The translations under genes and the position numbers were made by a program. From Candidatus Eiseniibacteriota bacterium (GTDB lineage: Bacteria > Eisenbacteria > RBG-16-71-46 > JABDJR01): 64,000 nucleotides of DNA. This document shows, one piece after another, positions 1 through 9,124 of the stretch. The notes under the pieces are model-generated. The model made no database searches, was not told where the DNA came from, and was given only the letters and a program-made list of their open reading frames with translations. The DNA lies in assembly GCA_963762255.1 (NCBI GenBank), contig CAVXKA010000002.1, positions 384,001 to 448,000 on the forward strand, written 5' to 3'. Numbering within the stretch: position 1 is the first letter of the stretch; each line of letters opens with the position of its first letter.

Positions 1-1025
1 CGAGGGTCACCGAGGCCCCCACTTGGACGCTCCAGCCGTGGGCCTGGTTCTCAGCCTTGATGTCGTACGGCTCGAGCACGTCGTCGACCAACTCGAACTG
101 GGAGCGCGAGGCGCTGACGTCCGAGGTGCTGTAGCTGAACCGCGCGAAGAGGCCGGGAACCCGCGAGAGCAGCGCCGCCTTGGCGTAGTCGTTCGCGCTC
201 CCCCGCTGGGCGATCGCTTGCCGAATGTCCGGGCGCACCAGAGCCTCATCCGCAACTCCCAAGCTGTCCACCGGCGCCGGCGCCGCGCTCAGGTCCCCGG
301 CCAGCGTGAGAGGCGTGTCGGCGGAGAAGCCCATGAGCGTGGCCAGCCGTGAACGCTCGATCGCCACCTGGTTCTCCTGGCGGATGAGGGCCAGTTCGGC
401 CTCCGACACCTGGACCCGCGCCTTCAACACGTCCACCTTCGCCACCGAACCCAGATCGAACATGCTCTGCACGCGGCGTTCTTCGTCGCGTGGCCAACTG
501 AAGGCTCTCGGTCTGGACAATGAGAAGATCCTGGGCGCGCAGCACCATGTAGTACTGCTGGCGCACGCCGAAGGCGAGCTCCTGAGCCGAGGCCACCCGA
601 CCGTGCCGCGCCGCCTGCACCGAGGCGTCGCTGCCGCGGTACCGGTACCAGAGCGGGAGGCTCAAGCTCTCGCTAAGGCCGAAGCCTGCCGTGGTTCCGT
701 TCGACTGGGAATCCTCGGGAAGGTCCTCGCTCGCGACCGTGACCCCGTTGATCTCGGTCACCTGGTAGGAACTCGTCTGGTCGGATTTCGAATAGTAGAC
801 GGACCCGTTCGCCGAGGGGAGCAGACCCGCCAGCGCGGACATGCGGGAACCCTCCGCCGAAGCGACTCCGGTCTCCGCCTGGCGGTAGGCGTAGTTCTGG
901 CGGAGCGCGATGCGAACCGCTTCATCCACGTCCAGGGGATCGGCGAGGGGAGGGGCGGCCTCCGCTCGCGTGACCAGGACCGCGATGGCCAGCAATAGCG
1001 CGCAGAGGATTCTCGATCGCAACAT
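1..1025 (-). CDS. TolC-family outer membrane protein (3' end runs off the window; +1 frameshift near 491)
   Basis: ATG at 1025 follows an AAGGAGG SD and a signal peptide (LLLAIAVLVTRAEA). OEP-type motifs 'LDVDEAVRIALRQN' and 'VRQQYYMVLRAQ'. After removing one extra base (GCC-A-CGC GAC GAA GAA) the frame continues 'RVQSMFDLGSVAKVDVLKARVQVSEAE...RSRLATLMG', typical of TolC. Confidence 0.85.
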
Positions 1026-1200
1026 GAAACCTGCCTCCTTGAAATGCACCGTCGCGGTCCCGCGAATCACGGGTCCATACGGCTCGAACCGCGGCGAAGT
1101 TGCGCCAATGGTGCTGAATCGGAGTCCGGACTGAGGGGGACGGGGTCGTCGGGGCCACACTCTAGCGCATGGTCCGGCTCGCCGTCATGAGCCGATTTGG

Positions 1201-1222
1201 GCCGGCCCCACGAGGGGCCGGC
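1201..1222 (-). terminator. GC-rich hairpin just after the tonB stop (no U-tract; possible processing or stabilising stem)
   Basis: GCCGGCCCC-acga-GGGGCCGGC, a perfect 9-bp inverted repeat 9 nt downstream of the tonB stop. Confidence 0.4.
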
Positions 1223-1230
1223 CCGGAGGG

Positions 1231-1890
1231 CTAGCCGCTCCGGAGGGTGAACTCGAAGGGGATGCTGATGCGAGCCTTGACCGGCGTATCGCGCTGTTTG
1301 GCCGGCGTGAAGAGCCACCCCATGGCCGCATCACGGGCGGCATCATTCAGGCTCTGGATCGTGGTCGACTTGACCACGCGCGCGGCGATGACGCGCCCGC
1401 TCTCGTCGATGGTCACCTCGATCCAGACCATCCCCTCCGCCCCCGCCGCGCGCGCCAGCTCGGGATACTGCGGCGCGACGGTTTTGATCGGTTGCGGAGG
1501 CGAGTCGAAGGCGTAGAACGCGGCGTCGCCACTCCCCGAATCTTCGGGAATGACCGGCGGAGCGAACGGGTTGAAGTCGGTATCCGGGATGGTCTCCTCC
1601 AGCCCCACGGTCTCAGAGATCTCGAGTTCCGAGGGGAGCATCGGCCGCTCGATGTCCTTGGGTGGTGGCGGGACCACAATGTCCTCTGGAACGTCGATCG
1701 CCTGCATCTTCCGCTCGCGGAGCTGGTACGGCTTCATCTTGTAGGGCGGGACGGTGAGAAAGGCGATGCCGTGGACCGCTCCCGCGATGAGCAGAGCGAT
1801 CTCCACGACGCGCAGATACTTCGACTTGAACTCGAAGTTGGCGCCCCCCATCAGGGTGCCATGGAGCGCCTCCAGCGACGGGGTGCTCAT
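1231..1890 (-). CDS. tonB: Energy transducer TonB
   Basis: N-terminal TM helix, Pro-rich linker (VVPPPPKDIERP), TonB C-terminal domain 'PQYPELARAAGAEGMVWIEVTIDESGRV...FTPAKQ'. Its ATG overlaps the exbD stop. Confidence 0.92.
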   Translation of the reverse strand: MSTPSLEALHGTLMGGANFEFKSKYLRVVEIALLIAGAVHGIAFLTVPPYKMKPYQLRERKMQAIDVPEDIVVPPPPKDIERPMLPSELEISETVGLEETIPDTDFNPFAPPVIPEDSGSGDAAFYAFDSPPQPIKTVAPQYPELARAAGAEGMVWIEVTIDESGRVIAARVVKSTTIQSLNDAARDAAMGWLFTPAKQRDTPVKARISIPFEFTLRSG

Positions 1891-2300
1891 GACTTCTTCT
1901 CCCGTTCCGTGGTGAACGACGCGTTGAGGGCCTGCGCCTCCTTGAGCATCTCGATCACCTCGGCGGCGATGGTCCACGGCACTCTCTCGTCGATGTTCAA
2001 TCCGGTGATGAGCGCGGGGTCGCTGCCAAGCTTGCCCCGCAGAATGGGAACGATGTCGACGAGCGTGATCAGGTTGTCGTCGATGGTCATCTCGCGAGCG
2101 CTCTGCACCCAGACGTGGGTAATCCTCTGGCGCGGCACCCGCTGGCCTGCTTCGGCCCGCGGCAACTGTACCGGCAGCCCCTCCTCCATCTTGAAGATGG
2201 TGGTGGCCATGAAGAAGATGAGGAGCAGGAACGCGATGTCGGCCATCGAGGCCGTCGGCACCTCGTTCCTGGTGCCCATGGTCCGTTTCACCTTGGCCAT
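1887..2300 (-). CDS. exbD: Biopolymer transporter ExbD/TolR family
   Basis: 'EVPTASMADIAFLLLIFFMATT' TM motif with the conserved Asp. Confidence 0.93.
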   Translation of the reverse strand: MAKVKRTMGTRNEVPTASMADIAFLLLIFFMATTIFKMEEGLPVQLPRAEAGQRVPRQRITHVWVQSAREMTIDDNLITLVDIVPILRGKLGSDPALITGLNIDERVPWTIAAEVIEMLKEAQALNASFTTEREKKS

Positions 2301-2301
2301 G

Positions 2302-2715
2302 TCACGCCCCCTTGGTCTTGAGCGAGATACGGCTGGCGCCGGCCATCTTCAGCTCGTCGAGAATGTCCACCATCACCCTGTAGGGAGCCGTGGAGGGCGG
2401 CTCCACCGAGACCACGAGCTTGTCGTTGGCCGCTTCCGCTTCCTTCACGAGGATTCGGATCTGGTTCAGCGGCGTCGGCTCATCGTCCACCAGGAAGACC
2501 GCCCCGGTAGGATCGGTGGTGATCACCATCACGTTCTGCCGGTTCACAGCAATCGCCGAACTGGAAGTGGACTTTGCGGGCAGGATCAACGAGAGCCCGA
2601 ACTCCTCGGAAATGGTCGTGGTGGCGATGAAGAAGATCAGGAGCAGAAACGCCATGTCGGCGAGGGAGGCCTGGGGAATCTCCTCGCTGGCTTTCATCCT
2701 GTGGATCTTGGCCAT
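2302..2715 (-). CDS. exbD: Biopolymer transporter ExbD/TolR family (second paralogue)
   Basis: 'EIPQASLADMAFLLLIFFIATT' and 'APYRVMVDILDELK'. Confidence 0.93.
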   Translation of the reverse strand: MAKIHRMKASEEIPQASLADMAFLLLIFFIATTTISEEFGLSLILPAKSTSSSAIAVNRQNVMVITTDPTGAVFLVDDEPTPLNQIRILVKEAEAANDKLVVSVEPPSTAPYRVMVDILDELKMAGASRISLKTKGA

Positions 2716-2777
2716 GTTCGTTTACCTCGCGGGTTCCCCGGCCGGCACCGGCCGTCCGGGGCTCCCGACCGCCCTTG

Positions 2778-3665
2778 CTATGCCTTCTGTTCCCGCTCCA
2801 TGTCCACCAACGTGTCCACCAGTTCCACCGACGCCTCTTCCATGTCGAGCACGAAGCGGTCGATGTTGGAGATGAAGTAGTTGACGGCGATCTGCACCGG
2901 GATGGCGATGACCAGACCGGCTTCGGTCGTGATCAGGGCCTCGGAGATCCCGCTTGCCACCAGCTTCGCGCTCACCTGTTCCGCGGCGGCGATGGCCTCG
3001 AAGGCGTGAATCATGCCCGACACCGTCCCGAGGAAGCCCAGCATCGGGGCAACGTTTACAACCGAGGTCAGGACGATGAGCCCCCGCTGCAGGAAAGACA
3101 TCTCAATCGCGCCTGCGTTCTCGATCGCCTTCTCTACCTCTTCCGGACCCTTCGTGGCGCGGCTGAGGCCGGCGTGCAGGATGGCGGCGATGGGGCCGCG
3201 CGTCCTCTGACAAACCTCGATGGCGCCGGGAACGCCGTCTTCCTTAAGTGCGCCGATCACCTTGCTCATGAACTGACGGGTGTTCACCTTGGCGCGGTGG
3301 AACGTCCAGGCGCGCTCGATGATGACGGCCAGGCCAACGATCGAGCAGAGAAGGAGCGGCCACATGAAGATGCCGCCCTTCACGAAGGTCTCGACCAGGT
3401 AGCCCTGCGGCGGAAGCTCGACCGGCGCCTCCTCGGCGCCGCCACCCAGCGTCGGCAGTGCTTCACTCACCTGACCGGCCCCGCCGGCGTCGGCGCCCGG
3501 CATCGCTTCCCCGGCCGCCGGCTGCTCGGTGCCGGTGGCCTGAGGCTCCTGGGTCGCCGGGGGGGTAGCCTCCTGAGCGAGCGCGAGGGTGAAGGACACG
3601 GCGGCCAGAACCAAGACCATGGAGACCACCATGACCCAACCGCTGAATCTAGAGTTGGCGACCAT
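2778..3665 (-). CDS. exbB: MotA/TolQ/ExbB proton channel protein with signal peptide and Pro/Ala/Glu-rich N-terminal linker
   Basis: 'GGIFMWPLLLCS', 'APMLGFLGTVSGMIHAF', 'GISEALITTEAGLVIAIP'. AAGGAG SD upstream. Confidence 0.93.
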   Translation of the reverse strand: MVANSRFSGWVMVVSMVLVLAAVSFTLALAQEATPPATQEPQATGTEQPAAGEAMPGADAGGAGQVSEALPTLGGGAEEAPVELPPQGYLVETFVKGGIFMWPLLLCSIVGLAVIIERAWTFHRAKVNTRQFMSKVIGALKEDGVPGAIEVCQRTRGPIAAILHAGLSRATKGPEEVEKAIENAGAIEMSFLQRGLIVLTSVVNVAPMLGFLGTVSGMIHAFEAIAAAEQVSAKLVASGISEALITTEAGLVIAIPVQIAVNYFISNIDRFVLDMEEASVELVDTLVDMEREQKA

Positions 3666-3870
3666 CTACCGTTCTCCTTGTGCGATGCGCACTTATTGCG
3701 CCGGCAAGGCGCACGCCGACACAGCGGCGGCGCTCCCGGATACGGAACTCCACGAGGTCAACTGGGAAGAGGGAAGATGTTGGCCCGCCCGGAACCCTAT
3801 CGGGCGGATACCCCGAGCATCTCGGGGGAGGCAGCCGACGATCTGCACCACCGATCGCCGAACTCGAACG

Positions 3871-3899
3871 AGGATAAGACCCTGTGAAGAGGGTGTCAA
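3871..3899 (-). promoter_or_regulatory. Sigma70-type promoter P1 for the exbB operon
   Basis: Minus strand TTGACA-17nt-TATCCT. Confidence 0.7.
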
Positions 3900-4169
3900 G
3901 CTGTGGTCCTCGCGCGCGGCCCGAGGCCGCCCCGCGCCGTTTCGGAGCGGGGGAAAACGCGATATCCAGGTTGAGGACGTGTCAGGGAGCCACCCAGCCA
4001 GCCGCACCACCTCGTCCACGCGCCGGCCCGGTCGGCTCACCGGGGCTGCAACCGCCACTCGAGCACACTCCGGGAAAGGTCAAGACCCGCCCCCCCAGCG
4101 CCGATATCTGCTCTTAAGCCCCCTCGGGGACTGGAGCTCGGCAGGGGAACACGGAAAAACGAAGCCAGC

Positions 4170-4198
4170 ACTATAGGTTGGGCGCCCCAAGGTGTCAA
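4170..4198 (-). promoter_or_regulatory. Sigma70-type promoter P2, pointing toward the exbB operon
   Basis: Minus strand TTGACA-17nt-TATAGT. Confidence 0.7.
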
Positions 4199-4221
4199 CC
4201 GAGGGCGCGGGGAGACATCGG

Positions 4222-6096
4222 ATGCGCGTCATTTCGTTCGCGGGCTCGCTCGCGCTGGTCATCGCCTTGCACGGCGCCGCAGCGGCGAACCAGGGTCAGT
4301 ACGCCCCCATCACCGACGATCTCTCCGATGCCAGAGAGGCTCTCGCATTGATGCGGGACCAGGGAGCCACCGGCCTCTCGGTGGAGGCGATCGCCTACTA
4401 CCAGGAAGGCATCGACGCCGCACGACGGGGCGACCGCGCCGAGGCCATCCAGAACCTGACCAGCGCGGGCCAGCTCGACCCGGCCCTGCCCGAAGCCCAT
4501 CTGGCCCTCGCGCGCCTGCACTTTCCTATGGAGCCGTCGGTCGTCTTCGCCGACCTCGTGCGCGCCGCCCGCGCCGCCGTCTCTTCCTTCAGCGCGCAGC
4601 ACCTGCTCCTCGTCAACGTCATCTTCATCTTCCTCATCGTCGCAACGCTCGGCAGCGTCCTCACCGTCCTGTATTCGGTGGTGAAGCTGATCCCGAGGGT
4701 GCACCACTCCACAGCCGAACTCCTGCGCCGGTGGCTACCGCCGGCGGTCGCCTCGCTGCTGGCGATCCTCGTCATCCTCGCTCCCGCGCTCTGGCGCGTC
4801 GGACTCGTGCCGGTCCTGCTGCTGTTGGGAGGGACGATCTGGTGGTGGATGGACCGCGGCGATCGCCGGTGGCTCGTCACCCTCGCCGCGCTCACCGTCG
4901 CCACGCCGCTCCTTCTTTGGGGGTTTTCCCCCGTTCTCTATTCCCCCTTCGATCCCTCCGGCGGGGCCCATCTCATGGGTCAGGCCATGTCGGCCCCCTA
5001 CTCAACCGGGTTGGCGGAGGCGATGCGGGACGCGCGGGCGCGCGAGCCCGAGAACGCCGATCTCGCGTTCGCGGAGGCGATGGTGCTCAAGAGAGGGGGG
5101 CGGTTCGACGAGGCCGAGGCGGCCTATCAGGAAGCGCTCCGCTTCGGGGCCTCGGAGGCACTCACCTACAACAACCTGGGCGTGATCGCCTTTCTGCGCG
5201 GAAACTACGACGGCGCCCTGGCTCTCTTCGACGAATCGACGTCCGCGGAGTCGGATCACGCCGCTCCCCACTACAACATGAGCCTGGCCTACGCCAAGAA
5301 GCTGCTCTTCGAGAAGGCCGACGAGCAAATGCTCGAGGCGAACCAGCTCTCCATCAACCGCATCCGGGCGATCCTGCGCCACGGAGCCGACGGCAGGGAG
5401 AATCCTCTGCTGGACGAGCCGCTTCCAGCGACCGCCATGTGGGCGGCGGCCTGCGACGCTCCACGCCACATGCCCGGGCTGCCGCGGTGGATGGGATTCG
5501 CGTTCCCGGGCGCGCTTGCCGCTCTCCCCTTCGTGTCCTTGCCCATGTTGGCCCTCGGCCTCGTACTCGGGCGCAAGCTCAGCCTCGCGCTGCCGAGTCT
5601 CGGCTGCGCGAATTGCGGCCGGCCGGTCTGCCGGCGTTGCCTCCGGCGCATCCGCAAGGCCGCCTACTGCACGCCGTGCGGCGACGCGCTGCTGCGCATC
5701 CAGAGCACGGCCTATTCGAAGCTCGTGCTCGATTCGCGTCTCAGGCGCAACCGCACCTTCTCGTCGATATTCCCCCGGCTGGCCGGCTGGATCCTGCCCG
5801 GCTACCACGCGTCCCGCACCGGACACGCCGATCTCGCCGCGATGCTCTCCATGGGCGCCGCGCTGGGGGTGTTCGGTCTGTTCAGCGATCGACTTCCTGT
5901 GACGCGCCTGGCGTGGGTGGAGAACGGACCGAGCCTCTGGTGGCCGCTCCTGCCGGTGATCCTGCTGGCGATCGCCTTGGTGGCCTCCGTGCTCACGACC
6001 CTCAGGCTCAAACCCGCGCCCCCCGTCTCCGACTGGGATGAGGACGACATCCCCCGGGGACGGCCGGCACCGCGAAGCATGGGACGGGCGGCATGA
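4222..6096 (+). CDS. Polytopic membrane protein with TPR repeats and a B-box-like Cys zinc finger
   Basis: Signal peptide; TPR segments (AIQNLTSAGQLDPALPEAHLALA; TYNNLGVIAFLRGNYDGAL; HYNMSLAY); several TM helices; 'CANCGRPVCRRC...YCTPC'. Confidence 0.8.
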   Translation: MRVISFAGSLALVIALHGAAAANQGQYAPITDDLSDAREALALMRDQGATGLSVEAIAYYQEGIDAARRGDRAEAIQNLTSAGQLDPALPEAHLALARLHFPMEPSVVFADLVRAARAAVSSFSAQHLLLVNVIFIFLIVATLGSVLTVLYSVVKLIPRVHHSTAELLRRWLPPAVASLLAILVILAPALWRVGLVPVLLLLGGTIWWWMDRGDRRWLVTLAALTVATPLLLWGFSPVLYSPFDPSGGAHLMGQAMSAPYSTGLAEAMRDARAREPENADLAFAEAMVLKRGGRFDEAEAAYQEALRFGASEALTYNNLGVIAFLRGNYDGALALFDESTSAESDHAAPHYNMSLAYAKKLLFEKADEQMLEANQLSINRIRAILRHGADGRENPLLDEPLPATAMWAAACDAPRHMPGLPRWMGFAFPGALAALPFVSLPMLALGLVLGRKLSLALPSLGCANCGRPVCRRCLRRIRKAAYCTPCGDALLRIQSTAYSKLVLDSRLRRNRTFSSIFPRLAGWILPGYHASRTGHADLAAMLSMGAALGVFGLFSDRLPVTRLAWVENGPSLWWPLLPVILLAIALVASVLTTLRLKPAPPVSDWDEDDIPRGRPAPRSMGRAA

Positions 6097-6120
6097 CGAT
6101 CAGACTGGAGTCGTAGCCGC

Positions 6121-7071
6121 ATGGCCATCCGGGGAAGCCTCTCCGAATTCTCGGTCGCGGAGATCCTGCAGCTCCTCGCGCTGCAGCAGAAGTCCGGCGT
6201 TCTGGCCCTCACGGACGGCGAGGAGCAATCGCAAGTGCTCTTCTTCGAGTACGGCCGGGTGATGGCCGCCGCCGATCGCCGCCAGGACGGGCGACATGCG
6301 TTTCTCGCCTACCTCATGGACAACTCCCTCCTCTCTCAAGATCAGCTCGAGAGCGTGGAGGACATCTGCCGCGCCACCGGTCATGACCTCTTCACGGTGA
6401 TGGTGTCGAGCGGGGTGGTGGGTCGCGATCGCATGCTCGACGAGATGCGCCGCCACACCCAGCGCATCGTCGACGACGTGGTGGACTGGAGAAACGGCAC
6501 CTACGAATTTTCCGGAGACGAGAAGAGCCTCCCGGTCCAGGGGATTTCCCTCAAGCTCAATCCGGAGGAGCTGCTCCTCGAGAGCATGCGCCGCAACGAC
6601 GAACTGGCCACGCTCAAGGAATCGATGCTCGCCCCCGACCTCGTGCTCGCCGCGGTGGAGGACGCCGACATGCAGCCGCTTCCACGCGACTGCATGCTGG
6701 CGCTCGGGCTCGTGGACGGCCGCCGGACAATCGAAGAGATCTGCGCCGTCTCCCCTCTCGGCGAGTACATGACCTACGACGCCATCTCGGAACTGCTGAG
6801 CCGCCAGCAGATCATGATCGTGGAGCCCGGCGAGGCGGAGCGATTCACCCCGCCCGCGGTGCAGTCACGGCTGCCGTCGTGGCGGGCGGTGGCGGCGGCG
6901 ATGTCGCTCGTCCTCGGCTCGCTTCTCCTGGGCTCGGGGCTGGCCCCACTGATGGAGCGGTCCGTCGGCGACGGCGGTTGGCTCCCCACCGAGGTCGAAG
7001 CGTCCCGCGATCAGATTCGCGCCGAAGTTCGCGCCGATGTGCTCGCCCTGCGCGAGACACTTCACCGCTGA
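6121..7071 (+). CDS. DUF4388 (PATAN-like) domain protein with C-terminal TM
   Basis: 'MAIRGSLSEFSVAEILQLLALQQKSGVL...FFEYGRV', 'WRNGTYEF', 'EELLLESMRRNDE', 'LVDGRRTIEEI'. Confidence 0.85.
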   Translation: MAIRGSLSEFSVAEILQLLALQQKSGVLALTDGEEQSQVLFFEYGRVMAAADRRQDGRHAFLAYLMDNSLLSQDQLESVEDICRATGHDLFTVMVSSGVVGRDRMLDEMRRHTQRIVDDVVDWRNGTYEFSGDEKSLPVQGISLKLNPEELLLESMRRNDELATLKESMLAPDLVLAAVEDADMQPLPRDCMLALGLVDGRRTIEEICAVSPLGEYMTYDAISELLSRQQIMIVEPGEAERFTPPAVQSRLPSWRAVAAAMSLVLGSLLLGSGLAPLMERSVGDGGWLPTEVEASRDQIRAEVRADVLALRETLHR

Positions 7072-7086
7072 GCGCGGCGCGCTCGG

Positions 7087-7659
7087 TCAGCCGGCGCGAT
7101 CCGAGCGCGCGCCCAGAATCCAGCGCGCGGCCTCGGCGACGTCCCGCACCACGGCATCGGCGAGTCCCCGCCGCATCGCTTCTCCCCGCGCCCGGCGTCC
7201 GTGGCCGGTGAGCACCAGTACCGTCGTCACCCCGGCATGTCGCCCCGCTTCGAGATCGGCGACGGTATCCCCCACCATGAACCCGTCGCGCGCTCGCACG
7301 CCGTAGTCTCGCAACCCCTCCCGCAGCATTCCCGCCGAGGGCTTGCGGCAGCGGCAGGGTCCGGTGAGGTCGGGATGATGGGGACAGTAGTACGCGCGCT
7401 CGATGCGCGCGCCCGCGCGTCTCGCCAACGATTTGAGCCGCCGATCCATGCGACGCAGCCCCGCTCTGTCGAGAAGGCCGCGCGCCACCGCGGACTGGTT
7501 CGAGACGACCAGCAGGAGGGCCCCACCCCGAGCGAGCGCGCGGAGCCCGACCGGCGCCGCACGGTAGAGCCGGAGCTGTTCGGGGCGCGCGGGATGCCGC
7601 GCGTCGGGAACGAGGGTGCCGTCGCGATCCAGAAAGACGATCCACCGGGAATCGTTCAT
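7087..7659 (-). CDS. gmhB: D,D-heptose 1,7-bisphosphate phosphatase (HAD IIIA)
   Basis: 'FLDRDGTL', 'VVSNQS', 'YCPHHP...CRCRKP', 'MVGD...D'; coupled to waaF. Confidence 0.88.
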   Translation of the reverse strand: MNDSRWIVFLDRDGTLVPDARHPARPEQLRLYRAAPVGLRALARGGALLLVVSNQSAVARGLLDRAGLRRMDRRLKSLARRAGARIERAYYCPHHPDLTGPCRCRKPSAGMLREGLRDYGVRARDGFMVGDTVADLEAGRHAGVTTVLVLTGHGRRARGEAMRRGLADAVVRDVAEAARWILGARSDRAG

Positions 7660-8678
7660 GGCCGAGCCCTCATCACCCGCTCCAGTACCTCCAACAACTG
7701 ATCCACCGAGAGATCGCGCAGACAGCGCAGATGCTCGTCGCCGCCAAGCGGGCAACGGCGGCGAAAGCACGGGCTGCACGCGAGGCCGCGCCAGAGCGCC
7801 TCCCCCTCGTGGGGCTCCGGCCCGGTCCAGTCGGGGGTGGATGAGCCGAAGAGCGCGGCCACCGGGACTCCCGCCGCGCGACCCAGGTGGAGCGCCCCCG
7901 AGTCGTTGGTGACCAGCCCCCGACATCGAGAGAGCACCGCCACCGCATCCATGAGCCCGGTGGCACCGGTCAAGTCGAGAGCGCCGGCTTCGGCGAGCCG
8001 CGCGCCGAGGGGTCGCTCGGCATCTCCCCCCACGACGATCGTCGCCTCGCCCCGATCGCGCAGCGCGCGAGCGACCGCCTCGAAGCGCTCCATCGGCCAT
8101 TGCTTGGCGGGTCCGTACGCCGCTCCCGGCGCCAGCGCCACCGGCGCGCGGCCACCCAAGGGGGCGAGCAGTTCATCGGCACGAGCGAGCGAGCGCCCCT
8201 CGGGCTCGAGGCGAAATTCCGGTCGGTCGATCGTCGCACCGCCGGCCGCCGCAGCCAGCTCCGCATACTCTTTCCAAAGGGAGCGCGAGCGCCGCGAGGC
8301 CGGGAGCAGGTCGGTGAGGAGAAAACCTCTTCCCGGCCGCTGCCGCCCGAGGCGCAGTTTCGCTCCCGACAGCGCAACGAGGAGCGCCCCGCTCATCGCG
8401 TCAGTGAAGGTCACCGCCCGATCCGGCCGCCACCCGCGCACCTCGGAGCGCAACTCCCACGGAGCGCGTCCTCCGCGAGCCGGAAGGAGATGTTCGAAGA
8501 GATTTGCCGCGCGATAGAGGGGGATCACCCGCGGGTGCGCCACCCCCAGATAGTGCTGGGCTTCTCCCGGTAGAGCGCGTAGCGCGGGAAGCACCATCAC
8601 CGCATCGCCGATCCAGTTGGGAAGCCGCAGGAGCCAGCGCGTACCCGGTGAAGGAGGAGGCCAGACCGCTGCGGTCAC
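7656..8678 (-). CDS. waaF: LPS heptosyltransferase II (GT9)
   Basis: 'RLPNWIGDAVM', 'APGAAYGPAKQWP', 'VTNDSGALH', 'LFGSS', 'CSPCFRRRCP'. GTG start overlaps the pspC stop. Confidence 0.9.
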   Translation of the reverse strand: MTAAVWPPPSPGTRWLLRLPNWIGDAVMVLPALRALPGEAQHYLGVAHPRVIPLYRAANLFEHLLPARGGRAPWELRSEVRGWRPDRAVTFTDAMSGALLVALSGAKLRLGRQRPGRGFLLTDLLPASRRSRSLWKEYAELAAAAGGATIDRPEFRLEPEGRSLARADELLAPLGGRAPVALAPGAAYGPAKQWPMERFEAVARALRDRGEATIVVGGDAERPLGARLAEAGALDLTGATGLMDAVAVLSRCRGLVTNDSGALHLGRAAGVPVAALFGSSTPDWTGPEPHEGEALWRGLACSPCFRRRCPLGGDEHLRCLRDLSVDQLLEVLERVMRARP

Positions 8679-9076
8679 TGCCGCCGGTACGCGAGGAGGA
8701 AGATGCCGAGCGCCGCGAGCACGATCGACGCCAACACTTTCAGGCTGACCAGGGACACGATGAAGCCGAGTACCTTCCAGAGGATGGGCAGAAGTCCCAG
8801 CGTGAGGAGGAAGACGCCGAGCACGGCACGCGGGCTCTCCGTGGCCAGCGGCGGCCCGGGAGCGCCCCCCTCTTCCTCGGGCTGCTCGGGGATGGTCACC
8901 CAGAGGACCGCGTAGACGATGAGGCCGATGCCCATCAGGAGGGTGGCCAGCACGAAGCCCAAACGTACCCAGACCACGTCCACCTCGAGGTAGGCGGAGA
9001 GGCCGCCGCACACGCCGGCGAAGACGCGGTCGTCGAAAGAGCGAAGGAGACTGCCCGGGCGCTTCATGGGTTCCAC
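8675..9076 (-). CDS. pspC: PspC domain membrane protein
   Basis: 'LLRSFDDRVFAGVCGGLSAYLEVDVVWVRLGF...YAVLWVTIP' plus a C-terminal TM pair. Start is GTG 9076 or ATG 9067. Confidence 0.85.
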   Translation of the reverse strand: MEPMKRPGSLLRSFDDRVFAGVCGGLSAYLEVDVVWVRLGFVLATLLMGIGLIVYAVLWVTIPEQPEEEGGAPGPPLATESPRAVLGVFLLTLGLLPILWKVLGFIVSLVSLKVLASIVLAALGIFLLAYRRQ

Positions 9077-9083
9077 GGGGGGC

Positions 9084-9112
9084 ATTCTAAGAGACGTCCC
9101 GGCGGCTGTCGA
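9084..9112 (-). promoter_or_regulatory. Sigma70-type promoter for pspC-waaF-gmhB
   Basis: Minus strand TCGACA-17nt-TAGAAT. Confidence 0.6.
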
Positions 9113-9124
9113 GACACCGGTCGG

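Noticed and set aside
3670-4190. Cobalamin riboswitch, SRP RNA or tRNA upstream of exbB
   Set aside because: I found no B12-box, SRP loop or cloverleaf motifs on the relevant strand.
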